Notes under the pieces: model-generated | What the model was told of the DNA's origin: nothing | Database searches by the model: none | The model's input: only the letters and a program-made list of their open reading frames with translations | From: Octopus sinensis | Taxonomy: Eukaryota | DNA: 64,000 nucleotides | Direction of reading: 5' to 3' | Assembly: GCF_006345805.1 (NCBI RefSeq) | Contig: NC_042997.1 | Location: 193,254,001-193,318,000 of the forward strand | In this document: positions 52,848 to 64,000 of the stretch, piece by piece | Layout of the letters: each line of letters opens with the position of its first letter | Position numbering within the stretch: the first letter of the stretch is position 1 | Position numbers and translations under genes: made by a program

Positions 52848-53268
52848 ATTTCCTTACTACCCACAAGGGGATAAACACAGAGGGGACAAACAAGGACAGA
52901 CAAACGGATTAAGTCGATTATATCGACCCCAGTGAGTAACTGGTACTTAATTTATCGACCCCGAAAGGATGAAAGGCAAAGTCGACCTTGGTGGAATTTG
53001 AACTCAGAATGCAGTGGCAGACGAAATACCTATTTCTATTTCTTTATTGCCCACAAGGGGTTAAACATAGAGGGGACAAACAAGGACAGACATAGGTATT
53101 AAGTCGATTACATCGACCCCAGTGCATAACTGGTACTTAATTTATCGACCCCGAAAGGATGAAAGGCAAAGTCGACCTCGGCGGAATTTGAACTCACAAC
53201 GTAACGCAGACGAAATACCGCAAGGCATTTCGCCCGGCGTGCTAACGTTTCTGCCAGCTCACTGCCTT
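52848..53268 (-). mobile_element. SINE family C head-to-tail dimer
   Basis: Junction gaaatacc/tatttc at about 53030. Confidence 0.9.
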
Positions 53269-53896
53269 AGCTCCTTATTTCAGACCAACAAACACTGGAT
53301 TGTTGAGGTTATTCTCCAAGCCATACATAAAACTGATCAGATAATTGCAGCTATTATTTCAAACCAATGCAAAATTGTATACCCTACACGGAATAAGCTT
53401 CTCTTTTGGCACACCTTCTGCTTGGGCCCTTAGCCTGATTGCTTTTTAATTTTTTCCTCGTTTACCCAGATGCCTAAACAGCCTTCTCCAATCTCTATTT
53501 CAGCCCCAGGTCAATAAGGGTGACACTGCAAAGGAGTGGAAAGAAGGACACTTGTTTCTTGGTCCTCAATTTCATGTTCATTGGCCCCCAAGGAAGAGAA
53601 CACGAGCTGGAGTTGCGACCAGAGATGCCCAGGGAACAGCAGTTTGCTGCAGTTTCTGTTACTCTCTTCTCTCAAGTGGTCCTTACTGTCACTCATGTAA
53701 GCTATTGAGCAGCATTGCCTGTTACATGACTTCCTTTTTTGCACTCATGACAGTAGAGACGTGGACTAATTCTGCGTCCTCTGGTGGGAGTCATTAGGAC
53801 TTGTGTGTCTGTTATCAACCCAGATCATTCCTTGTTACATTCACATCCTGCCACTATAATGTCACAAAAATAACAATGAAATAAAGATCAATATGG

Positions 53897-54081
53897 CATA
53901 GGAGTGGCTGTGTGGTAAGTAGCTTGCTTACCAACCACATGGTTCTGGGTTCAGTCCCACTGCGTGACACCTTGGGCAAGTGTCTTCTACTATAGCCTGG
54001 GGCCGACCAAAGCCTTGTGAGTGGATTTGGTAGACAGAAACTGAAAGAAGCCCGCTGTACATATATGTGTGTGTATATATA

Positions 54082-54135
<54 letters not shown>

Positions 54136-54368
54136 GTGTGTGTATATGTTTGTGTGTCTGTGTTTGTCCCCTCAACATCGCTGGTGTGTTTGTCCCCTCA
54201 ACTGATGCTGGTGTGTTTACGTCCCCGTAACTTAGCGGTTCGGCAGAAAAAGAGACCGATAGAATAAGTACTAGGCTTACAAAGAATAAGTCCCGGGGTC
54301 GATTTGCTTGACTAAAAGCGGTGCTCCAGCATGGCTGCAGTCAAATGACTGAAACAAGTAAAAGAGTA
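53897..54368 (+). mobile_element. SINE family B, full length
   Basis: aggagtggctgtgtggtaag...acaagtaaaagag. Confidence 0.92.
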
Positions 54369-55598
54369 TGGTTTTGTATGATGCCAACCAAGGCACAAGT
54401 TTCTGGGCAGGTGTGTATCAAAGTAATTTTTAGAATTACCTGTGAGTGCAAATACTAAAGATAATAACCTGCAACTTGCACAATAATCCATTGTATTTCC
54501 ATGACTATTGTGTAGTCAACTACCATCATACTGGAAAAGGATGTAAGCTTCTATAAATATTTAAAAAGGGGCAGCAAGCACAAAAATAAATAAATAAAGT
54601 AATCTCTTATTGATTTCAGTAATTGCGGTTATGCTGGGGCACTGTCTATAACGATTTTAGTCAATCATATAACACTCATTAACCTTCATTTGTTTTAAAT
54701 TATTATTATTAGTAGTAATAGCAGCAAAGTGGCAAGTTGGCAGAATTGTTAGCACGACAGGCAAAATGATTTGCAGCATTTCATCCGTTCTTGCATTCTG
54801 AGTTCAAATTCAGCTGAGGTCGAATTTGCTTTTTATCCTTTAGGGGTTGATGAAACAAGTACCAGTTATGACTGGGATTGATGTAAATCAAATGGCACCC
54901 CTCCCTCAAAATTTCAAGCCTTGTGCCTATAGTAGAAAGGATTATTATTATTATTATTATCACCAAGGTGGTGAGCCGACAGAGTCGTTTGCAAGCGAGA
55001 TAAAATGTTTAGCACGATTTAATTTGTCTTTATGTCCCAAGTTCAAATTCCACAATAGTTGAAAGGATTTAGGGTTAGGTTTCGCCTTTAATTGAAAAAG
55101 GTATTATAAAAAGAGAAAGGGGCTCTCTACCCCGCTTTTGACCAGGCTCCCATTGGCTTTTATGGGTTTTTCCACCAGGAACCTTTCGTAACGCCTCCCC
55201 CTATTGGGAGATTTTCGTTGTTATATTATTTGATTGTTACACTGTTTTTACACGATTTTTTCACAAATGGACAAAACCCTTGGTAACCTTCGTCCTGTTT
55301 TGTCCCTTTATGTTTTCTAATCATGTGTGTCAGCCCTTGTGGCCAATAAAAAGAATTAATTATTATTATTATTATTATTATTAAGGTAGCAAGCTGGCAG
55401 AACCATTAACACACTGGACGAAATGCATAGCAGTATTTTGCCCGTTGCTACATTCTGAGTTGAAATTCCACTGAGATCGACTTTGCCTTTCATCCTTTCG
55501 GGGTTGATAAATTAAATACCAGTTGAGTACTGGAGGTCGATGTAATTCACTAGTCCACTCCCCCAAAATTTCAGGCCTTATACCTATAGTAGAAAAGA

Positions 55599-55968
55599 TT
55601 ATTACCTCTGCCTTAGTGAAGGTGGAGGTATTGTTTTCAGTTGTATTTGTTTATCCATGGACAAGATATCTCAAGAACCACTTAATGGATTCAGATGAAA
55701 CTTTCAGAGAGGTTTGGCCTCACAACTGGTACAAACTTGATTAGATTTTGGGATCAATCCAGTACCGAACAAGGATTCTGGATTATTTTTCCGTTTTTTT
55801 TTTTAAAACTTAATTTTTGAGAGAGGTCAGGTTCATTTTCAGTATTCTCGTTTGTGAGAGCAGTCAAGTTTATTTCAGATATTCTCATTTTAAAAATCAT
55901 CTCTGGCTAATCATTGAGAGGACGTTGGTGTTGCCTTGGCGGGGGTTTGCGCTCTCTGAGTGCTCGTT
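55599..55968. mobile_element. Helentron/HINE-like non-autonomous element
   Basis: Subterminal inverted repeat acctctgcc / ggcgggggt then gcgctctctgagtgct end; classification from recalled family pattern. Confidence 0.55.
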
Positions 55969-55984
55969 ATTATTATTGTTATTC

Positions 55985-56295
55985 ATTTGCGTGAAGGCAC
56001 ATGGCTCAGTGGTTAGAGCGTCAAGCTTACGATTGTGAGCTCAAATCCCGGACTGGGCTGCGTGTTGTGTTCTTAAGCAAGACACTATATTTCATGTTGT
56101 TCTAGTTCACTCAGCTGTAGAAATAAGTTGCGACGTCACAGGTGCCAAGCTGTATTGGTCTTTGCCTTTCCCTTGGATAACACTGGTGGCGCGGAGAGGG
56201 GAGGCCGGTATGCATGGGCAACTGCTGGTCTTCCATAAACAACCTTGCCTGGACTTGTGCCTAGGAGGTAATTTTCTAGGTGCAATCTCATGATC
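55985..56295 (+). mobile_element. tRNA-derived SINE
   Basis: tggctcagtggttagagc head; gcaagacac...cactcagctg core. Confidence 0.78.
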
Positions 56296-57101
56296 TGTAT
56301 TGTGACCGAAAGGGGTCTCAGAATTCATTTGCAAAATTATGTATTCTAATGCCAAACATTATTCACCAAAGATCTAAAATTACTCAGTGGTATTCAGAAT
56401 ATAACTGGTTTGCATATATTCAGTTAGTGACCTCCAAATTTTTTTTTTTTTTTAACCTTCTGAATATTGAAGTGGAACTTAGAAAAATAAACTATAAAAA
56501 ATGCTGAATGAAGTGCCTTTTTGAAATTGTAAGTGAATGCTGCTTGAGAATATATGCTTGTAGTTCATATATTCGTTGTCTAAACAACCACAACTTTAGT
56601 ACAAGTTTAAATGTGAATATGTACAGGAGTATGTGTGTTTGTGACCAAAATAAACCATTTCAACTTATAAGCCTAGAGCCTCAACCACAGTCATCTTGTT
56701 CTGGGCAGAGTGTTGTTTTCAGTCATTATTTGCCTTAGAAATGGGATAGGCTCCAGTATAATGAACCTGTAAAAGTGTGATAACAATCAACACACACACA
56801 CACACATCTTTAAAGCAACTTACAAGCATCCAAAATACATTGAGTCACACATTTTATCAACTGACAGCTACGTTTGCTCTTCAAATACAAAATGTGAAAC
56901 TAATCAGAAACAATTAACAATATTTTTTTTTTTTCAATGAAATGCTTGATAAGCAGAGCTTCAAATTAATTTATTTTTATTTGTGCAAGTAACCATGCAA
57001 TTTTAATTGTCTGATGGCAACATTTGCTACTTTCGGTCCGTGATTAAAGTGAAACTCTCAGATGTTCTATTAAGTAAAATATCCACTTATAAAATATGAG
57101 A

Positions 57102-57145
<44 letters not shown>

Positions 57146-57524
57146 CACGTGTATGACTTATGGAGACAAAATGTTAAATGTCACAGACTACAAAGAGAAA
57201 GTTTTGATATCTGCTGTCAGAGTAGAAAATGATTCAACAAAAATAAATGTCTATAAACCAAAAAGTCAAGCATTTCAGTACATTATTCATTTTCATAATA
57301 ACTACAAACATAAAGCAGCAAACCAGCTGAATCATTAATGCAGTGAACAAAATGCTTATTGGCATTTCTTGCAGATCATTACATTTCTGAGTTTAAATCC
57401 TGCCTAGGTCAAACTTTCTTCTTTCTTTCTTCTTACAGCATTCACCCAGAGTGGGTTGAGCTGGCTTCATTCATCCTCAATGCTGTCTCTCTCTCACAAA
57501 CGCAGACCAGGCCTGGTGATTTGA

Positions 57525-57668
57525 GGCTAACGACCATGTGATCTCCAACCACTCCTTATTCCAGCGGCGAACGCCGCCGTAGACATGGGGGCCTAGGTTG
57601 GGTTCCAGATCAGCCTTGACCTTAGTAAGCCAGGTTTTTCGCTGTCCACCACATCGCTTTCACCAACC
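57525..57668 (-). mobile_element. RTE LINE fragment, same family as 29985-30215
   Basis: Reverse complement aagcgatgtggtggacagcgaaaaacctgg...gctgatctggaacccaacctagg. Confidence 0.8.
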
Positions 57669-57893
57669 CTGAAAGGCAAGTTTGACCCTTCAAGTCAAAC
57701 TTGCCTTTCATTTTTCTGCTGCTGATAAAATAAAGTAACAGGCAAGTATTGGGGTCAATGCAATCAGCTTGCCTTATCCCCTCAAAATTTCTGGCCTTAT
57801 GCCAAAATTAGAAAGAATCATTTCTACAAAGTATAAGTCATGGAATGTCTTTTGATTGCTAATGTCTTGGGTATGGTCGCAGGTCCTTTAGAC

Positions 57894-58082
57894 CAGTATT
57901 CCGCAACCTTTTTTCACTTGCGATACACTTATATTCTTTACAAATTTCGGCAGCACACCTGAACTAAAAATATAACTATAAGTATAGGGGGGAAAAAAAT
58001 AATATTCAGGTTACACTGTGGCACACCTAGCATCGTCTTGTGGCACACCAGTGTGTGACGGCACACTGGTTGCAGAACACTA
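57894..58082. mobile_element. hAT (Charlie-like) MITE
   Basis: TIR cagtattccgcaacc / ggttgcagaacacta; 8-bp TSD ctttagac/ctttagat. Confidence 0.85.
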
Positions 58083-58327
58083 CTTTAGATGATTGGAGTG
58101 TTAATCTAACTCACTGTTTCAACCTTTTTACCCTGGCATAACCCTTAAAATAAATTACATGTCTCAAGGAACCCCTGAACAAAAGAAATTATATACCATA
58201 TCTTTTTCATCGTAGTTCACGTGATAAATATCATATATATATGGTTGTTATATATTCTTTTGATTACATAATAGGTTAGATAGGAAGATGTCCATATTAC
58301 AATAATCAATATGTTGTGCTTGTATAC

Positions 58328-58536
58328 TCTTTCTCTTTTTACTCTTTTGCTTGTTTCAGTCATTTGACTGTGGCCATGCTGGAGCACTGTCTTTAGTCGA
58401 GCAAATCGACCCCAGGACTTATTCTTTATTAGCCTAGTACTTATTCTATCGGTCTCTTTTGTCGAACCGCTAAGTTACAGGGATTTAAACACACCAGCAT
58501 CGGCTGTGAAGCTATGTTGGGTGGACAGACAGACAG

Positions 58537-58625
<89 letters not shown>

Positions 58626-58790
58626 GTGGGGTTTTTTCAGTTTCTGTCTACCAAATCCACTCACAAGGCTTTGGTCAGCCCAAGGCTATATAGTAGAAGA
58701 CACTTGCCCACGGTGCCACGCAGTGGGGGCTGAACCCGAAACTGTGTGGTTCGTAATCAAGCTACTTACACACAGCCACTCCAACGCCTA
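58328..58790 (-). mobile_element. SINE family B
   Basis: Family B consensus. Confidence 0.88.
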
Positions 58791-59022
58791 TATAGTAATA
58801 TTACAATCATGAAAGTAGCATATCTCACTCCTTCTCGGAAAACCCTTAGGAACCTCTTGTGGAACCCTGGTTGAGAAACGCTGGTCTAACTGATGGGTTT
58901 CCCAGACCGAGTTTCATTCTGCAAAATGGGAAGAAACCCAAAGACGAAGTGTTTTTTATGCTTTGCATTTCATTCCTTACTGCCATCCCGCTTTCCAATG
59001 ATAGTGACATTTCCATTCTTAA

Positions 59023-59243
59023 CCCTTTCGTTACTGTATTTATTTTGAGATGCTCTGTGTTTCTTTCAATTATTTTAAATATAATAAGGAATTTAGTAAA
59101 ATAACTTAGTTATCATTAAGCTAGTGTTAGGAACATAAATTGCAACTAAGGTTTGGTGGAAGATTTTAATGAAAAACCTATGAAAACAAGACATTAATAC
59201 TACAGAGCCAGAGCTGGTTTTGGCCGGGTTGGTAATGAAAGGG
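59023..59243. mobile_element. piggyBac-like MITE P1
   Basis: TTAA/ccctttcg...gaaaggg/TTAA. Confidence 0.88.
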
Positions 59244-59708
59244 TTAATGGTACTTGTCTGTGGAGTGCTCAACCACTTGCATGTTAGTTTCATGAGCAGG
59301 CTGTTCCACTGATCAATCAGATCAACTGGAACCCTTGTTGTTCTGACAAGGATGCGAGTGAGTTAGTTATATATATACTGGGGTCTAACCAATTATAGCA
59401 CCTTTAGCAAAAAAACAAATCCGTAGCCTTGTAAGTATGTAGAGAAATAAATACGATTGAGTTAAGTGAATTGTAGCAAAGCATGAGACTGCTTTCTTTT
59501 GCCAGCTGCTCTACTCCCAAGATTTCAGTCTTGCAAGCACTTCTCTTTTTTGCTCTTAGTCAATTGGGGGGGGGGGGTTATAAAGAAATATTTATAACAT
59601 GATGTTGGATTATGGGCAGCATGATCACAAGTTCAAATCCAACAATAGCTATTACTGTGCTGTACCCTTGAAAGTGATATACAAAATTATCTCTGTATTA
59701 GCTTGTTT

Positions 59709-60120
59709 CATCATCATCATCATCATCATTCGTTTAACGTCCGCTTTCCATGCTAGCATGGGTTGGACGATTTTGACTGAGGGCTGGCAAACCAGATGGC
59801 TGCACCAGGCTCCAATCTGATCTGGCAGAGTTTCTACAGCTGGATGCCCTTCCTAACGCCAACCACTCCGAGAGTGTCGTGGGTGCTTTTTACGTGCCAG
59901 TCAGGCAGTACTGGCAACGACCTCGCTCAAATCTTTTTACACATGCCACCGGCACAGGCGCCAGTAAGGCAACGCTGGTAACAATCACGGTCGAATGGTG
60001 CCTTTTACATGCCACTGGCACGGAAGCCAGTTAGCCGCTCTGGCAACGATCATGCTTGGATGGTGCCCTTGGCACCCTACTAGCACGAGCATAAGTGCCA
60101 GTAAGGCGACGCTGGTTTTA
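59709..60120 (-). mobile_element. SINE family A, long form
   Basis: Family A consensus with sub-repeat modules. Confidence 0.87.
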
Positions 60121-61929
60121 TTGACACACACAAAAAAAAAACAAACAAACATACTTTTACTTTACAATAACGGTAGTTAACAGAAAGAACATCCATAATA
60201 AAAGAAAAAGACCATCAATAGCTTCAACAACATCCTATCTTTGCAATGGGAAAAAAATTCAAAATCTCAGATCAGCAATAACGCTTCTCAAATGACAGAT
60301 GAATAAAAAAAGAAATCTTAGTTTCTAAGTGACTAATTGGTGTTAGAAAGAGTATCAACCACAGTAATTCCTTGTAAATTAATATTGAAAGTTTTGCTTA
60401 ATTAAATTTCAGCTCAGTAAAAATTCATGTACAAAAAAAAAAAATTGTGGGGGTGCATAGCTTAGTGGTTAGAGTGTCTGATTCATGAATGTGAGATTGT
60501 AGTTTCAATTCCTGGACTGGGTGATATTTTCTTGAACAAAACACTTCATTTCATATTGCTCCACAATCCACACACCTAGTGAAAATGAGTAATCCTGTAA
60601 CGGACTGGTGTCGCATCAAAGGAGGAATATAAGCGCCAGAGAAACTGGGAAAGTGGCCCTATGCCCCTTACAGAGTAATATCATTCGGTGGTTTCACCAA
60701 GTAAAAGATTTTAAAGAACCCCATTTCAAAAATACATTCAAACCTTAATTAAGCAAAAATAATTTTCTCAATTACACAAGGTAAAAGAAACTAGGTCTTG
60801 CTTCATCATCTTCGTTATTATTGTTTAATGCCTGCCTTCCATACTGGCATGGATTGGATGGTTTGACAGGAGCTGGCCAGACAGGAGACTGCACCAGACT
60901 TCTGTATCTGTTTTGGCAGTGTTTTTACAGCTGGATGCCCTTCCTAACACCAACCACCCAGCAGAGTGGACTGAGTGCTTTCTATGTGGTACAAGCACAG
61001 GCAAAGTTAGTTTTGGTAAGGTTTTCACAGCTAGATACTCTTCTAAAAGCCAACCACTTTAAAATATGGACCAGATGCTTTTTACATGGCATGAGCACTG
61101 GCAGGGACACCAAGTAACTGCCAAGACAGAAATCCTTTGAGAGGAGAGGGGGGGGGGCATTGGAGGAGGTGATCTTGTGTCAGATGAAAGGTTTATAGCG
61201 GTAGAGAAACAGATGTCTTGTTGTAGAAGAGATACATAGTTTTTTTTGGGGGGGGGGGGGGACAGCTTGAAGATGCAATATGATACCAGCAGGAAAAAAA
61301 AAAAAGAATGCACAAACTAAAGGCTTCCTGTGTAGTTCATTTACCCAATGAATAACTACTCCTCTCAAATTAGGAATTAAATAACACAAGTATAATGAAG
61401 CTTGTGAGTAAGTTGAAACAGGGGGTGGAAACCTAGCTGCACAGAGTCTTCCCAAGAACTTACTATTGTAGTAGGGGCATGAGAAGTTTTGGCACAGCAT
61501 TTCCGAGGCAGCTATTTGGTGCAGCAAATTCGAAACTCATTTATTTGACATCAGGTGTTTTAACATTTCTCTCATTCTCTGCCCCACTACTCTCTATTTA
61601 AGTTAGTGAGCATATTTTGCTCGATGAAAACAATTAGGGCTATAATGGGGTGATGGATGTATAAACAACAAAATAATGGGTTCCTTAGGTTAAGTTTTAT
61701 TTGTGAAATACAGTTGTTTTCAATCTACTTCAGAAAGTGGTCTACATTTGTGGTGGTGGGTAAGAGGAGTGCAAGGAATATCGCCTGGGAGCCATGGGTG
61801 TGGCAGTCTAAAAAGAATTGGGAACCCCTGTTGTATGAGTACGAGGGGAAAGAAAATGTTCTGGTTAATTGTGTTCAATTAATTAATTTGTAATTATCTC
61901 CATCTGTTTTTATCTGTATGTGTATATCT

Positions 61930-62265
61930 CTGCAAGTGTATGCATGTTTTGGGCCTCCATTGGCAAAACAGGCCGAATGTCTGCCAGCTGTGCCAAGCAT
62001 CAGTATCCAACTGTCTCATTCTGTCATGTTAGATCATCCACAAATGAGGTCAGTTGTGGGAGCATATATGCCATTGGAGAACATTGGCTACTTTTGCCAT
62101 TTGTCACTATATTTCCCAGCTCCTCACGGGCGACCTGTCAAACAGAGTCCAAGTCAGTTTCCCATCTCCACAAGAAACCTCCTCATGTGCAGTGACCATG
62201 TGGCATGTGGTTGACTAACACAAGTCATCAACCCAGAAACTCGAGCAACATGGCCAAACAGTAAT
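61930..62265 (-). mobile_element. Decayed RTE-like LINE fragment
   Basis: Minus frame LLFGHVAR...GRP resembles the RTE WFGHVxR motif; stops present. Confidence 0.4.
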
Positions 62266-62643
62266 AAAAGATTTTGGTCAGCCAGAGGCTATAGTAGAAG
62301 ACACTTGCCCAAGGTGCCATGCAGTGGGACTGAACTCGGAACCATGGGGTTCATAAGAATCCAGTGCTGTCAATAATTTTTTCTACATTAGGCACAAGGC
62401 CAGCAATTTTGAGGAGAGTAGGGCAAATCGATTACATCAACCCCAGTATTCAACTGCTGCTTATTCTATTGCCCTTAAAAGGATGAAAGGCAATGTTAAC
62501 TCAGGCAGAATTTGAACCCAAAACGTAAAGATCAGGAAGAAATGGTGCTAAGCAGTTTTGTCTCGCACAAAAATGACTCTACCAGCTCACTGCCTTAGTA
62601 ATAACAAAGAGAAGAACAAAAGTGAAAAATAAAAAGCCCTTAC

Positions 62644-62708
62644 CTTTTGTTACTACTAATAGATCGTCTGTGTTTCATATAGTGAAGGTTCCGATGGAGA
62701 AATATTGG
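62644..62708 (-). CDS. SUZ12: SUZ12 exon (65 nt, phase 0 to 2) PIFLHRNLHYMKHRRSISSNK(R)
   Basis: Acceptor ttctttttag/CCA, donor AAAAG/gtaagg; homologous to human [22 protein letters not shown] (recalled). Confidence 0.95.
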
Positions 62709-62871
62709 CTAAAAAGAATAAATAATAATAAAACAGGTAAGTAACAAAGTAAAAGAAAAACGAAGCAATAATAAGCAAATCTAAACAACAATATCTCATT
62801 CTCTTCAAGGATACATCATCATACTTTTCCCAGCTTGCATGGGTCAGACAATTTGTTGAGGTAAGTTTTAT

Positions 62872-63091
62872 CCTTTTAGTGTTCAAACCGGCCATATCAG
62901 GCCCAAATAATGTACCTGTTATATGTTCAAACTGACCAGATAAGGCCTCTCACACTTACCTTAAAATGTCATGTTAAAAATAAACAATCACATCATTGAA
63001 ATCTCAAAGCTACAAGATAATGTATGATAAATTCAAAATAATGAGAATAATTAAGCATTGCATATGATAGAGTAATCTGAATGCTAAAGGG
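62872..63091. mobile_element. piggyBac-like MITE P2
   Basis: ccttttag...gctaaaggg; body shared with 5038-5257. Confidence 0.78.
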
Positions 63092-63499
63092 TTATAAAGC
63101 TGGATGTCTTTTCCATTGCTAATCCATATCTGTTTCCAAGCAAGGTAATATTTCCCTAGGCCATGGAAAACTGGAAACGGACAACATTGCTTGTGTGGTG
63201 CTGAGGCTGGTTTACAATCACATGATATCAAGACAAGAGTACACACATACACACACAATAACATTTTAATAAATTAAAGCAGAAAAATATTTAATACAGA
63301 AAGAGGTGTTTTGCTGTTGCATGGCCTGTACACTATAGGAGCAAATCCCCTTTGAAAAAGTAACCAACACTTTTAAAATGGGATCACATACTGAGAGACT
63401 TAAATCTTGGTTGAGACAACTAACACTTCTTAATTATATGCCTTCTTTTAACCTAAGTTATTATTGTTAAAAGCAAGCCCCAAGTGAACCCAAAGACTT

Positions 63500-63879
63500 T
63501 ATATATATATATAATGCTGAAGTTGTCTGTGTATGGCAGGTTTGGTAGCCTTCAACTAACACTATCTCCTCTGAGACCCTGTGGCGCAAGTTGACCAAAA
63601 TTGAGGAAGGCTTGCTCTTCATTCCGTAGAAGAAAAATTTCAAATCAGACCATGTTAACACCAAAAATTATTAACATCAAAAAGGTGCTTTTTTGCTATG
63701 AAAATCCTTATTTTTTACGATTTTTTTACTGCTGTGTCGCCATTTTTTGGTGTATTTCAACCAGAAAAATGTTCACTTAAAGAGAATAACAAGCTACATA
63801 ATGCAAAATTTCTATTTTTCAAAAATTCCAATTCTAAAGGGTCAAAACAAACTCGAGCAACGCCGGGCGATACTGCTAG
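63500..63879 (+). mobile_element. Non-autonomous Helitron
   Basis: ctcgagcaacgccggg hairpin + gatactgCTAG/T; body homologous to 50755-51154. Confidence 0.87.
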
Positions 63880-64000
63880 TTATTGTTAAAAGTAAGTCCT
63901 AAGTGAACCCAAAGACTTAATATTTGATTAAAACAACACTAACAGTAATAATCTCTATGTTTGATAAAAGGCCACACACTTGAAGAAAAGTGCTAATCAA

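Noticed and set aside
53280-53800. GC-elevated segment with short ORFs on both strands
   Set aside because: Multiple stops and no recognisable motif; probably an old retroelement remnant that cannot be classified
62709-64000. SUZ12 upstream exon (KPTQIYRFLR)
   Set aside because: Not found; must lie beyond the window end

Overview
AT-rich, repeat-saturated animal genomic DNA. The SINE and MITE repertoire suggests an octopus (coleoid cephalopod), which is an inference. One protein-coding gene spans the window on the minus strand: SUZ12, a Polycomb Repressive Complex 2 subunit. I recovered nine internal coding exons by hand: 62708-62644, 38422-38351, 20897-20845, 17853-17786, 16749-16503, 13778-13570, 12231-12006, 3622-3393 and 1019-862. 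All have canonical AG/GT ends and mutually compatible phases, giving 1328 nt (about 443 codons) from PIFLHRNL through the C2 region and the neck C2H2 zinc finger to [15 protein letters not shown]. The first exons and the VEFS-encoding last exons lie outside the window. Introns are filled with at least four tRNA-type SINE families, RTE and CR1 LINE fragments, piggyBac-, pogo/Tc- and hAT-like MITEs, an 8-bp-TSD MITE family, non-autonomous Helitrons and Penelope-like remnants. They also hold a ~2.7-kb (TA)n tract, a 440-bp tandem repeat and a 59-bp minisatellite. No bona fide tRNA, rRNA or CRISPR array was found. The most interesting leads are TATA+Inr promoter cassettes inside introns (one sense, two antisense), a CpG-retaining island in the 24-kb intron, inverted SINEs clamping one exon, long intronic hairpins, a decayed hammerhead ribozyme, a sense-strand G-quadruplex, and a Helitron flanked by a 39-bp duplication.
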